From contig CAVPSB010000031.1 in NCBI GenBank assembly GCA_963708025.1, positions 160,001-224,000 of the forward strand: 64,000 bases of DNA, in the 5' to 3' direction. This document shows positions 20,404 to 31,028 of this stretch, in pieces. The position numbers and the translations under genes were made by a program. This stretch comes from an uncultured Candidatus Rokubacteria bacterium (GTDB taxonomy: Bacteria; Methylomirabilota; Methylomirabilia; Rokubacteriales; DASRDR01). The notes beneath the pieces are model-generated. The model had not been told where the DNA came from and made no database searches. It worked only from the letters and a program-made list of their open reading frames with translations. Every line of letters starts with the position of its first letter. Position 1 is the stretch's first letter.

Positions 20404-21450
20404 TCAACCGGCCCGGACGGGTGGCTCGGACGCGCGCGCTACTGGGACTCGAGACGCTTCGGGAGGAGCAGTGGCGGCTCCCCGGTGCCCGCGCGTGGCG
20501 GCCCACCGCTCGCGATAGCCCCGGATCACGCCGCGGCAGAATCGCAGCGTCATGTACGCGTCGTACCCGTGCTGCCCGCCCAGTCGCGCCACGATCCAGC
20601 GAAGGGCGGCGATCCCGGCGACCCAGGACAGCCGCAATGGCAGACGCGAGACATGATCCTGGTGGCAAAAGGCTCTCAGCCGCGGCTCTCGCTCGAGGCG
20701 AGGATGGATCCTCCCCGTGAGGATTCCGTAGACGGCCTGCGCCTCGAAGTTGTCGGCGATGTGTTTCAGGCTGCACTTGCGGGCCGGCACGAAGTGCCGC
20801 ACGAACGCGCCGGGGAGATACCACGGCTGCATCCCCCGCCGGCGAAGCCGGTCCATGAGGTCGAACGCCTCGCCGAGGCGACGCCGGCCGAGTGAGGCGT
20901 CGAGGCCGAGGCGAGTGTCGAACCCACCCGCGGCGCGCACCACGTCGGCAGGACAGGCCCAGTTGGCGGGCGCCAAGCGCTCACGGGTCGTCAGGATCCG
21001 GGCGGGCGGGCCCCAGTCGATCCCCGTCACCGAGAGCCCGGCGAAGGGGAGAAGCTCTTCCTCAGGCCTGGCGGTCTCGTACTCGGAGCCTAGCGGGCCG
21101 CCGAAGTAGAACCCGCGGGGCCGCTCCCGGTGCGCCGCGACGTACGTCGCGATCCACCCCTCGCACGGCGTCACGTCGTCGTCGGTGAAAACGAGCAGAC
21201 GGCCACGGGCGGCCGCCAGCCCTGCGTTTCGAGCATGGCTCAGGCCCTGCCTCGGTTCCTTGACGTATACCAGCGGTACCTTGCGCTTGAACTGCTGCGC
21301 CACTTCAGGAGTGTCGTCGGTGCAGTTGTTGTCGACCAGGACCAACTCCCATTCGAGGTCGCCGGCAACGACACACCGTGAAATCGCGTCGAGGGTGAGG
21401 GCAAGGCGGGCTGCGTTATTCCATGTGGAAATCATCACCGACACGTCCAT
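20404..21450 (-). CDS. Glycosyltransferase family 2
   Basis: VSVMISTWN, LVDNNCTD, GLSHARN, FTDDD; GGAGG RBS. Confidence 0.92.
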   Translation of the reverse strand: MDVSVMISTWNNAARLALTLDAISRCVVAGDLEWELVLVDNNCTDDTPEVAQQFKRKVPLVYVKEPRQGLSHARNAGLAAARGRLLVFTDDDVTPCEGWIATYVAAHRERPRGFYFGGPLGSEYETARPEEELLPFAGLSVTGIDWGPPARILTTRERLAPANWACPADVVRAAGGFDTRLGLDASLGRRRLGEAFDLMDRLRRRGMQPWYLPGAFVRHFVPARKCSLKHIADNFEAQAVYGILTGRIHPRLEREPRLRAFCHQDHVSRLPLRLSWVAGIAALRWIVARLGGQHGYDAYMTLRFCRGVIRGYRERWAATRGHRGAATAPPEASRVPVARASEPPVRAG

Positions 21451-21929
21451 GTCACACCTCCCGACCGCGTCTCACCTTGACCGCGTTCGCCTCGCCTGCC
21501 TGCGGGACGCCCGACCCGCCTTCCCATCGCTTGCGGGCGAAGAGCGCCGGCGCTTCGGCATCGAGCCCTCGGAAGGACTGCCCGCTCATCTCGAGCCTCG
21601 TGGCGGTACGGTCGGCTCCGTCCCTCCTACCGCGAGTGCCACGGAGGGGTTGCGGCAAGTTCGCGCTCGTGCAGACAGCAAACCTCGTGCCGGAGCGGAT
21701 CTTATTGAGAAAGCGTTGGTGCGGCCCGATGATCCCCGGTGGCACCATCGCCCGGTATGCAGGGCGGCGGCTTATCATTGACAGTTCCCTGCACAACCTG
21801 AGGCACGGGCCCCGACGCCGGGCGAAGCGCGTGGGAACTCGAAACGCACCCTTCCCCGGCGCCGACGACCCACGCGCCCCCGGATAGATTGCTCGAGTGC
21901 CGAGGGATCCGGGGACGCGCCGCGAGCGA

Positions 21930-23120
21930 TCAGCCCTGCTCGCCCCCTCGTGCGGCGTGGCTTTCCTCGGCGGGTCGCCGGAGGGCGCCGGATTCGCCCG
22001 CGGTGCGCGTCTCGCTGCGCTCGTGCCGGACCGTGCCCGCGGCGGCCAGGGCGAGTTCCGGCCTCGCTGCCGCCGCCTCGCTTCTTCGGGTCAGGCGCCG
22101 GGGCAGTGCGCTCGAGACCGAGCAGTGAAGCGCGCCCAGCGAACGGGCAGTGCGACGCAGCATCTCGAGATACACGAAGTACGCATCCTCGCGATTACCG
22201 GACTGACCGTTTCGAGCGAGACTCGCCGATGCCCAGCGCCAGAACCATCTGATCAACGCGGTGAGCTCATCGCGCGGGGCATAGTTGCCGAGTTGCTGCG
22301 CCCCGTATCCCCAGCCGAATTGTTGCTTGAGCATTCGGCACACCGTGTCGCGATGACGGTGGAACACGAGCGCCGCCCGGCTGTACCGCATCCGAAGACC
22401 GGCGGCGAAAAAGCGGCGGCTGAACTCCTGATCCTGGCCGGTGAGAAACCGCGGGTCGAACAGGCCAATCGCCGCGAACGCCGATCGGCGGAAGGCCACA
22501 TTGGCCGTCACGGCAAACGGTCGGGCGGAATTCAGGGCGGCCAGTTGCCACAAGGGCCGGCGTCTCGCCGCATAGCGCTCTACCGCAGTCCGTGGCGGAT
22601 ACGCCACGATCTCTCCCGCGACCCCCGACACCTCGGGGATCCCGAACTCGGCGGCGAGGGTGCGCAACCAGCCGACGGTCACCACGCAATCGGCGTCTGT
22701 GAATGCCAGGATGTCCCCTCGGCTGGCTTCGATGCCTCGATTGCGGGCCCGCGAGGGGCCGCGCCGGAGCTCCAGGAGATAGGTTACCGGGTAACTCCGA
22801 ATGATCTGTGGGGTCCGATCGGTGGACCCATTGTCTACCACGATGATCTCGCGGGAGGCAGTCGGGAAGTCGGCATTCAGAATCGACTGAATGCAATCTC
22901 CGATCGTGCGCTCACCATTTCGAACGGGGACGACCACGGAGACCACAGGCGCTCGACGGCGAGTGACGGAGGAGCGATCCGTGCGGGCTTCGCGTTCGGG
23001 TTCCGACTCCAAGCGCGCGTCCCTCGCCACCGTCCCGGTCGCGTTCGTCTCAGGAGCCTCGGTCCGGGAGGGGGTCGTCGGCTCCTTCACGTCGGGAGCG
23101 GAAGACGTCGCAATATGGGC
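21930..23120 (-). CDS. Glycosyltransferase family 2 (start uncertain)
   Basis: VSVVVPVRN, VVDNGSTD, ARNRG, FTDADC, ANVAFRR, GQDQEF. Confidence 0.88.
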   Translation of the reverse strand, partial: AHIATSSAPDVKEPTTPSRTEAPETNATGTVARDARLESEPEREARTDRSSVTRRRAPVVSVVVPVRNGERTIGDCIQSILNADFPTASREIIVVDNGSTDRTPQIIRSYPVTYLLELRRGPSRARNRGIEASRGDILAFTDADCVVTVGWLRTLAAEFGIPEVSGVAGEIVAYPPRTAVERYAARRRPLWQLAALNSARPFAVTANVAFRRSAFAAIGLFDPRFLTGQDQEFSRRFFAAGLRMRYSRAALVFHRHRDTVCRMLKQQFGWGYGAQQLGNYAPRDELTALIRWFWRWASASLARNGQSGNREDAYFVYLEMLRRTARSLGALHCSVSSALPRRLTRRSEAAAARPELALAAAGTVRHERSETRTAGESGALRRPAEESHAARGGEQG

Positions 23121-23204
23121 CAGTCCCACTCCGCCGCCCTTTCGGCACCTTCGTCCCGGTAGATGTCGGAACGCGGGGCTCCGAAGAGTCCAGGTAGTGC
23201 CGCG

Positions 23205-23303
23205 AGCGTAGGGCAAGCGCGTCAATCCTGTCAATGCGCAGGAGTTTTCACATCTCGGCAAAGTTTCTGCTTATTGACACTCCGGATCGTGTCGACCTAA
23301 GCT
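23205..23303. promoter_or_regulatory. Divergent sigma70-type promoters
   Basis: Plus TTGACA(23274)-N18-TAAGCT; minus TTGACA(23234)-N18-TACGCT, in an AT-richer intergenic stretch. Confidence 0.5.
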
Positions 23304-23343
23304 CCGCCCAAGACGCGGTTGCCGCTCTCGCGCCGGACCAGAC

Positions 23344-24624
23344 ATGTCGAGCGTAGTAGCGAGTCCGAAATCTTCTCAGCGTGCGCCGAGCTCACCGCCC
23401 GCCGAGACCCCGGCCCGTCGACAGCCGTCGCCATCCCGGGCGATGACCCGTCGGTTGCTGCTGGCCGCCATCGCCCCCGACCCCACCGCATTGGCGGCGA
23501 TCGGCGCCGTCGCGGGAGAACGGTTGGACTGGGATTGGCTTCTCGAGCGCGCCCGGGCCCACAAGGTGGCGGCACTGCTGGCCGCGCGCGTCGTCGAGCA
23601 GGCGTGGGCCGTTTCTTTGCCGGCAGGGGTCCGCGGTGTGCTCGACGAGATCCGCGGTCAGGCGCAACGGCGCACAGCGGGGGCGCGCCGTACGCTTCAA
23701 GAGGTGGCCCGGGCATTGACGGCCGGAGGGATTCCCTTCGTCGTCCTCAAGGGCAGCGTCCTGGCTGAGCAAGCGTACGGGGATCCCGTTCGGCGCCCCT
23801 TCTACGACGTCGATCTGTTGGTGCCGCTTCAGCGGCTCGATGACGCCGAGGCCGCGCTGATCGCGCTCGGCTACCGGTTTTACTCGCCACCGCTTAAGGC
23901 CCTCACGTTCGTACCCGCGAGCCGCCGTCCGGTTGGCCCCCCGGATGCCCGGGTCCCTGAACGCGTGGCCCGGGCGTTGTACCGAACCTATCACTACCAT
24001 TTCGTCTACCTCCCGCCGCCGGAGGACGAGCGCCTCCCCGTTGAACTGCACTGGCACGTCGCCACCCCCCGCACGTTCCCCGCTGGTCCCAGCGCGCTGT
24101 GGGCGCACGCGACGCCGACGGTCGTGGCCGAGACCAATGTGCAGGTACTCGACCTCGAGACCACCCTCGTGTATGTCGCCATGCACGCCATCAAGGACGG
24201 CGCGGCGAGGTTCCGGTTGCTCCATCTCTGCGACGTCGCATGGCTGCTGGCGCGCTTCGGCCACTCCTACCAGCCCCATCGCGTGTGGACCATCGCCACC
24301 GCCTGGCACGTTCGCCATCACTTGGCGCGCGCGCTCGAGGCGGCCCGGCATCTCTGGGCGGTCCCCGGCGTCCCCCTTCCGGCCTCGCGCGGGACCGTCG
24401 ACCGCCTGCTCCACCTGTGTTTCCGGTTGGCCGGGGACCCGTGCCTGATCGGCGCACCCAGGTCCCGCGGTGGCTTTCGCGGCTTGGCCGGCGACCTCCT
24501 GACCGAGACGCTGTGGGAACTGGCGCTGGCCCGACTTCCCCGGCGGGCGGCCCGCCGCCTCCTGGCTGCCGGCCGAGTCCGGCTCCCGCGACTCCGCGCC
24601 ACTTCCTCATCCGCTGAGCCGTGA
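23344..24624 (+). CDS. Nucleotidyltransferase family protein (NTP_transf_5-like)
   Basis: VVLKGSVL, RPFYDVDLLV, VELHW, LLHLCDV. Confidence 0.85.
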   Translation: MSSVVASPKSSQRAPSSPPAETPARRQPSPSRAMTRRLLLAAIAPDPTALAAIGAVAGERLDWDWLLERARAHKVAALLAARVVEQAWAVSLPAGVRGVLDEIRGQAQRRTAGARRTLQEVARALTAGGIPFVVLKGSVLAEQAYGDPVRRPFYDVDLLVPLQRLDDAEAALIALGYRFYSPPLKALTFVPASRRPVGPPDARVPERVARALYRTYHYHFVYLPPPEDERLPVELHWHVATPRTFPAGPSALWAHATPTVVAETNVQVLDLETTLVYVAMHAIKDGAARFRLLHLCDVAWLLARFGHSYQPHRVWTIATAWHVRHHLARALEAARHLWAVPGVPLPASRGTVDRLLHLCFRLAGDPCLIGAPRSRGGFRGLAGDLLTETLWELALARLPRRAARRLLAAGRVRLPRLRATSSSAEP

Positions 24625-25533
24625 TCAGCGCCCTGAACCCAGCAGGACCGGAGCGGGAGCTGTCCGAGCTCATCAAGAGGGTCGGCTCGCGTCTCGTCGA
24701 AGCCAAGCGCTTGACCCGGTGGGTCTCGCCTCAGCACCGACGTGCCTCCTGGCTCCTGCGCTTTGCCGACGGCCGGGCGTTCAAAGGTCGGCGGCTCGCC
24801 TCGGCCGCCGGTGCGCGGCGGGTGGAGGCGCTGCTGGCGTCTCTGGGCGAGCGTCACTTCCCGCGCCTGCTCGCGCGTCACGGCCCGACCCTGCTCCTGG
24901 AGTGGGTCGACGGCCGGTCGCTCCTCGACACCGAGTGGAAGCCGCTGGTACTGACTCGCTGCGGGGCATTGCACGGCTGGATCCACACGCGCCCGGTACC
25001 GGACGGGATGGCCCTCCGGTGCCGACGGCCGAGATGGGGAAAGCGGCTCGAGCGCGGACTGGCGATCCTGGTCGGACGCGGCGTGCTCGGTGAGCGTGAG
25101 GCAGCGGCGCTGGGCAGTGCCGCCAGCGCCGCCGCCCACGGTCGCCCACGGCATCGTCCACCGGGATCTCTGCGCCGACAACCTGGTGGTCCGCGCTTCC
25201 GGGAAGCTATGCCCGGTCAACAACGAGACATTGGCCGTCAACGCTTACGCGTACGACCTGGGGCGGACGTGGTATCGCTGGCCGATGCGCCCGGACCAGC
25301 GGGCGGCCTACTTCGAGGGATATCGTCGCTACCGCAGCCCCGCGGATTTCTGGGCTCACTCCCGCTATTGGACCACCCTGGTCCTCGTCGAGTCCGCGGG
25401 GTGGCACCTCCGTCTCGGCACGGCCGGCGCCGCCGTGCCCCTCCGGCGACTGCACGAACTGCTGCGCGACGAACTCGCCGAGCCGCCCGGCGCCGCCTCC
25501 GGCGCTCTCGGCGAACGGTCCCTCGCCCGATGA
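24621..25533 (+). CDS. APH/choline-kinase-like phosphotransferase, frameshifted near 25135
   Basis: N-half (FKGRR, LLLEWVDG) in ORF 24621; C-half (VHRDLCADN, VNNE, YDLGRTWYRW) in ORF 25090..25533. Confidence 0.78.
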
Positions 25534-26657
25534 GCGACCGCCTGATGAGCTTCCGCTACAACGGCCTCACCGCACGAGTCTCCAGTGCCGACCCGCGGGA
25601 TCTCGTCTGGCTTCGGGAATTTCTGGCGCCGGCATTCGAGGAGGTTCGCACCAGCGACGCCGACTGCACGGTGACACTGACCATCGATACCCGTCGCTAT
25701 ATGGAGTTCGTGCGAGCCGGGCCCCAATCCGATGGCGGGCAGCTCGCGTGCTTCGCGTTGGACGGGAGTGTGGTGCGGCTCCCCCTCTGGACCGCCGGCC
25801 CCAGTACCCGCGTGCTCCGAGACGATCCACTGCGCGTTTTCTACATCCTCGATCCGGCCCGCACCGAAGTGTGCGTGCTCTCACCACGACACAACCGAAA
25901 GGCCCGGATGGCGCTGATGCGGGTGGTTCGCGAATTTGCCATGACGCATTCCTGGAAGAGCGGCGGCCTCCTCGTCCATGGAGCCGCCCTGGCGGTGGAC
26001 GGGAAGGCCGTCGTGTTGGCGGGCCCCAAGAAGGCGGGGAAGACGTCGCTGCTAACCCATCTGTTACGTTCTCGGGCGGCCACCTTCGTCGCGAACGACC
26101 GCACGCTGGTCACGCTCACCGGGCATGGGCCTGCCGTACGGGGGATGCCGACCATTGTGACGCTGCGCCCGCGCATGCTGAAGATCTTTCCGGGTCTCCG
26201 CGCGACCCTGGAGCGGCGTGGCTACCATCATTCCCTGACACTGGACGAGGCCAGGGGAGGAGAGAGCCCGCCGGCGCCACGGCCGCCTGACGCCGGCGTC
26301 GGGCTCACCGCCAGCCAGTTCTGCGAAGTCCTTGGGGCCGGACTCAGCCCGCAGGCCGGTGCCGCGGCCCTCGTCCTGCCCCGCGTGACGGGCGAACCAG
26401 GCTCAATACGCCTGGAGCCGCTCTCAGCCGACATCGCGGCCGTCCGGCTGGCTGACTCCCTCGTCGGCGGTCGCCGGTCGGGCAGCACGTCAAGCGTCTT
26501 CGACGTCGCCCCCGGCCGCTCACCCACCGACCCCACCGCCCTCGAACGGCTCTGCCGCGACTTCACATCTAGGGTGCGTTGCTTCCAATGCGACCTGGGA
26601 CGCGACGCGTATCAGAGCGCGTCGGCCGAGAGCTTTCTGGAGGGCGTGCTGAGATGA
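25530..26657 (+). CDS. HprK-like P-loop kinase
   Basis: LVHGAAL, LAGPKKAGKTS Walker A, FVANDR; ATGA overlap with upstream gene. Confidence 0.8.
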   Translation: MSDRLMSFRYNGLTARVSSADPRDLVWLREFLAPAFEEVRTSDADCTVTLTIDTRRYMEFVRAGPQSDGGQLACFALDGSVVRLPLWTAGPSTRVLRDDPLRVFYILDPARTEVCVLSPRHNRKARMALMRVVREFAMTHSWKSGGLLVHGAALAVDGKAVVLAGPKKAGKTSLLTHLLRSRAATFVANDRTLVTLTGHGPAVRGMPTIVTLRPRMLKIFPGLRATLERRGYHHSLTLDEARGGESPPAPRPPDAGVGLTASQFCEVLGAGLSPQAGAAALVLPRVTGEPGSIRLEPLSADIAAVRLADSLVGGRRSGSTSSVFDVAPGRSPTDPTALERLCRDFTSRVRCFQCDLGRDAYQSASAESFLEGVLR

Positions 26658-26824
26658 GTGTGAACAGACGTGCCGAACGTGAGTAATGAATTGTAGCGAC
26701 CCCGGTCCCAGCTCGGCCGCGCCGTTCTGGCAGGTCAACGATGCCTGGCGCCGTGCCCGAATGCGACCCCGCGTGCGGAGAGACGAGCGCGCCCTGCCCA
26801 CGAGGCGGTCGTCCGCGTCACCAC

Positions 26825-27770
26825 ATGCTTAGCGTGGTCGTCTGCACGTTCAACCGACCGGAGAAGCTCCGCCGTTGCCTGGGCGCGCTCGTCGATGCCT
26901 GCGACGGGGCCACGTCAGTCGCCGAGCTCGTCGTGGTCAACAACTCTCCCTGCGAGGCCACGCGGCTGGTCGTTCAACGACGTCGCGCGGCGTTGTTCGT
27001 TCGCGGTGCGGTATGTCGCGGAAGGCCGGCGAGGGCTCTCCCATGCTCGAAACACCGGCGTGACTCACGCGGCATTTCCGATCATCGCGTTCACCGATGA
27101 CGACTGTGTTCCGGCGCGCGATTGGATGGCCTCCATCGTGGCCGAGTTCACCGCGAACGAGTCGCTGGCGCTCCTCGGAGGCCGCGTGGAGCCTCTGGAT
27201 GCCTCGGATGAAGGACTTGGCGTTCGCCGCGTCGCCCAACGGACTCGCATCGCTTCCTACGGCCTCTTGAACGAATGCATGATCGGGTGCAATTTCGCCA
27301 TTCGACGTACCGCATTCGATGCCGTCGGCCCGTTCGATGTGCGCCTCGGGAGAGGTACATCGATCGACTCCGGCGAGGACAGGGATTACTTCTACCGTAG
27401 TCTGAAGCGAGAACTCGAGATCGTGTGTTCACCGCGGACACTGGTCTATCACGGGCACGGTAGGCAGAGCCCGAGCGAGATCCAGCGCTGCCGGGACACC
27501 TATGCCACGGGCCGCGGTGCGTTCTACTGCAAGCACATCATGGCCGGGGACCGTGTCATCCTGAAGCGCGCCCTGTCCGAGCTTGCCCATCTTGCCGCCG
27601 CGACCTCGGGGACACGTGCCAGCCGCACAGCCCGCCCCCTCCGAGTGCTCCGTCGCCTCGTCCGAGGCGCACTGTACCTGGTCGCCATGGGCGCGGCCGT
27701 GCCGGTGAGCGCACGCCTGGCCCACGCGCATCCCGGCGGCGCGCATCGGCCGGGGGAGCTGTCCTCATGA
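26825..27770 (+). CDS. Glycosyltransferase family 2, frameshifted near 26975
   Basis: LSVVVCTFNR...VVVNNS in one frame; GLSHARNTG, FTDDDC, GCNFAIRR, SGEDRD in another. Confidence 0.85.
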
Positions 27771-29392
27771 ATGCCCCCACCAGCGTCCTCCTCTTGGGCT
27801 CCTGTGCGGCCGAGTCGAGCCTGATCTTGGAGTGGGCAGAGGCGGGGGCGCTCCCGACGATCAAGGCACTGATGGCCCGAGGGATGACGGGACGCATCGA
27901 GAGTCTTCCGGGGTTCTTCGTCGGTGCCACGTGGCCCTCCCTGTCCACGGGGGTGACGCCGGCCAAGCACGGAATCCACTCCTGGAAGCAGCTGAAGCTG
28001 GGTAGCTACGAGTTCTACCGTTGTCACGCCGGAATCGACATCAAACGCGAGCCATTCTGGAATGTTCTCAGCCGAGCCGGACGCCGCGTTGCCGTGTTCG
28101 ATGTCCCACACACGTACCCGACGTCGAGTCTGAACGGCATCCAGGTATCCGAGTGGGGCCGGCATGACGCCGATCTTGGTTTCAGCACATGGCCCCCGAC
28201 TCTGAAGGCGGAGATCGAACGTCGCTTCGGCCCGAATCCCCTGAAGACCAGATGCAACGAACTACCGCTCGCCGGAGGCCATGTCGCGTTCCGCGCCATG
28301 CGGGACACCCTGCTCGAAGCCATCGCCCTCAAGGCCCGGCTCACGCGCCACTACCTGCGACAGGGCGGTTGGGACTTCTTCGCCCAGATCTTCACCGAGA
28401 GTCACTGCATCGGTCACCAGTGCTGGCATCTGCACGACGTGGGGCACCCTCGGCACGACCCCGCGATCGTCCGTCGCATCGGCGATCCCGTCAAGGACGT
28501 CTACCGGGCGATCGATCGAGCGCTGGGACAGATCCTGGAGGAGGTTGGCTCCAGTACGACCGTCATCTTCCTGGCGGGACACGGCATGGGCCCGAAGTAC
28601 CAAGCGCAGTTCCTCCTCGATGAGATCCTCGTGCGGCTGGGGGTCGCCGTGCCGATGCCCTCGGAGGGGCAGGCGAACACCGAGCCGTCTCAGGGCAACG
28701 AGCCGGGGCCGCTCGACCCGCTGAAGCGTCTGGTCAGATGGGCGTCGAACCGTACACCCGACGCGGTTCACTATCGGATGGCGCCCGTGTATGCTCGCGT
28801 GCGCCGGTGGCGGGATGGACCTCCCCGACCACCGAGGGCGAGGATCGACCCGGCAGCGAGCCGATGCTTTCCCGTGGAGAACAATTTCGCGCATGGCGGC
28901 CTGCGCATCAACCTGGTCGGGCGTGAACCGAACGGCACGGTCCGAGCCGGAGCCGAATGCGAGGAGCTCTGCCGGCAGCTGATGGCCAGCTTCGAGGAGA
29001 TCACCGATCTCGAAACCGGCAAGCCCGTGGTTGCCCGGGTGATCCGAACCTCCGAAGTGTATCGCGGGGAGTATCTCGATCACCTACCCGATCTGATCGT
29101 GGACTGGAACAACGAGGCGCCGGTCTACGGCGTCCGCTCCCCTCGGATCGGGGAGATCCGCGGCGAATACACCTACCGCCGAACGGGAGACCACCGTCGG
29201 GATGGCTTCTTCGTTGCCACGGGTCCGGCCATCCCTCGCGGCCAGCTGGATCGGACCGTTTCCATCCTCGATTTCGCGCCGACCATCAGCCGGCTTCTCG
29301 GAGTCGATCATCCCGAGGTGGACGGCGCACCGATTCCCGAACTGCTCGGCGCCGCGCCCGTGGTCTCGGCCGGCCGGTACCGCGAGCGGTGA
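27767..29392 (+). CDS. Alkaline phosphatase superfamily / type I phosphodiesterase
   Basis: WPSLSTG, HCIGHQCWH, AGHGMG, INLVGREP, PDL, TGDHR, DFAPTI. Confidence 0.87.
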   Translation: MNAPTSVLLLGSCAAESSLILEWAEAGALPTIKALMARGMTGRIESLPGFFVGATWPSLSTGVTPAKHGIHSWKQLKLGSYEFYRCHAGIDIKREPFWNVLSRAGRRVAVFDVPHTYPTSSLNGIQVSEWGRHDADLGFSTWPPTLKAEIERRFGPNPLKTRCNELPLAGGHVAFRAMRDTLLEAIALKARLTRHYLRQGGWDFFAQIFTESHCIGHQCWHLHDVGHPRHDPAIVRRIGDPVKDVYRAIDRALGQILEEVGSSTTVIFLAGHGMGPKYQAQFLLDEILVRLGVAVPMPSEGQANTEPSQGNEPGPLDPLKRLVRWASNRTPDAVHYRMAPVYARVRRWRDGPPRPPRARIDPAASRCFPVENNFAHGGLRINLVGREPNGTVRAGAECEELCRQLMASFEEITDLETGKPVVARVIRTSEVYRGEYLDHLPDLIVDWNNEAPVYGVRSPRIGEIRGEYTYRRTGDHRRDGFFVATGPAIPRGQLDRTVSILDFAPTISRLLGVDHPEVDGAPIPELLGAAPVVSAGRYRER

Positions 29393-30648
29393 AGCGCTCG
29401 CCGCCCCTCACCAAGCCCGACACGATGAATGTCCGGACCGGCTGGCCGGCGCCGGCCCTCGGCGACATCGGCCTCATCAGCCTCGATGACCACCGGTGGG
29501 AGGAACCCTGGCGCTCCATCCACCACCTTCTCTCCGGGATATCCCGATACTTCCACGTCGTCTGGTGCAATCCCCCTCGGTCGTGGAGGGATCTCGGACA
29601 GCGCCACACCGCGGCGTGGGATCCGAGGATCTTCCGGGAATCCAGTCCACCCGCGTTGACGGTCTACGAACCCGAGAAGTGGCTCCCGGCCGTCGGGCGG
29701 CCGGGCTTCGTGGCCCGGTGGACCAGGCGCGAGCGGCTGCGTCGGGCACGCGCCCTACTTCGAGCACGTGGCTGCCGGAAGATCGTGCTGTTCCTCAGCC
29801 TGCCGGAGTACGGCTTCGCCCTGGACGAGGCGGATCACGATCTGAGCTGCTATCGAGTCAGCGACGAGTATACGTTTTCGGTGACCGAGCGACCCATCGA
29901 CGAATCCGAGGCCCGCCTGATGTCGCGTGTCGATCGGGTCTTCGTGCTCTCTCCGGCCATGCTGGAGAAGAAGGGGCACCTGAACCCCGCGACGCTGTGG
30001 GTGCCGAACGGCGTGGACTACGCGGCCTACGCCACTGAGCACGGCGAACCCCCGGATCTCGCTTCGGTGCCGCGCCCGCGGATCGGATACGTCGGGATCA
30101 TCAAGGACCAGCTGGATCTGCCGCTGCTGACCGCTCTGGCCCGGCGACACGCAGCGTGGTCGTTCGTCCTGGTCGGGCCCAAGGGGATGCTCCGCCGGAG
30201 CACAGTCGTCCTCGAGGCGCTTCTCGCCCTGCCGAACGTATACTGGCTCGGCGCCAAGCCGCTCGGCGAGCTCCCCGCGTATGTCCAGCACCTGGACGTC
30301 TGTATGCTGATCTATCGGCTGGATGGATATACGAAGTTCGTGTACCCGCTGAAACTGCACGCGTACCTGGCGAGTGGACGCCCCGTCGTCGGCGCGCCAA
30401 TCCGCACGTTGCAGGATTTCTCGTGTGCGGTGCGGCTGGCCGAGACGCAGGACGAATGGTCCCGGGCGATCAGTGAGCTTCTCTCGCCCGGTGCCGTCTC
30501 GTGGAGCGCGGTCGAAGACCGCCGCCGGATCGCCCGGCAGCACGACTGGTCGGGTCTGGTGGCGATGATCGTGCGGAGCATCTGCGAGAGCCTGGACTCC
30601 ACGTATGTCTCGCGCTTCGACACCGCCTCTCGCGGCCTGACAGACTGA
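29389..30648 (+). CDS. GT-B glycosyltransferase (GT4-like)
   Basis: VPNGVD, PRIGYVG, WLGAK, PLKLHAYLASGRPVV. Confidence 0.87.
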   Translation: MKRSPPLTKPDTMNVRTGWPAPALGDIGLISLDDHRWEEPWRSIHHLLSGISRYFHVVWCNPPRSWRDLGQRHTAAWDPRIFRESSPPALTVYEPEKWLPAVGRPGFVARWTRRERLRRARALLRARGCRKIVLFLSLPEYGFALDEADHDLSCYRVSDEYTFSVTERPIDESEARLMSRVDRVFVLSPAMLEKKGHLNPATLWVPNGVDYAAYATEHGEPPDLASVPRPRIGYVGIIKDQLDLPLLTALARRHAAWSFVLVGPKGMLRRSTVVLEALLALPNVYWLGAKPLGELPAYVQHLDVCMLIYRLDGYTKFVYPLKLHAYLASGRPVVGAPIRTLQDFSCAVRLAETQDEWSRAISELLSPGAVSWSAVEDRRRIARQHDWSGLVAMIVRSICESLDSTYVSRFDTASRGLTD

Positions 30649-31028
30649 CACTCGCGCCCGGCTGGAACATCTCTGCCGGTATCACTCCGCCCCCCACTGG
30701 TCGAGGACCGGGTCCGGCTCCGGACGGATATACATGACACCCGGCAGCGGCCGCCGCGTGTCGCCGTCGCCACCGACGGGCGGAGACGGAGTCTCGCTGG
30801 GTCCGACGTGATCGCGACGGCGCATTGTGTTGACTACCCCCAGGCCCCCGGAGCGGGGGACACGGCGCTGAAGTGGGCGTGTGCGCCGCCTACGTTCCGT
30901 TCCTGCCTGCGTTCCTTGCGAGGGCCTGGCCTGAGACTGATGGTCGTCTTCGGGCAGGTGAACGGGGACGTCTTGCCGGCTCCGGGTGGACCTTTCGGCG
31001 TCTCGATGAGATAGTGGGAATCGGAGCC

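Noticed and set aside
21452-21796. RiPP/lasso precursor for the kinase-NTase island
   Set aside because: No convincing RBS or lasso leader/core pattern; left uncalled.
24621-26657. 678-aa kinase-kinase fusion ORF
   Set aside because: Produced by a frameshift near 25135; the middle is out-of-frame sequence, and APH and HprK-like genes have their own ATGA junction at 25530-25533.
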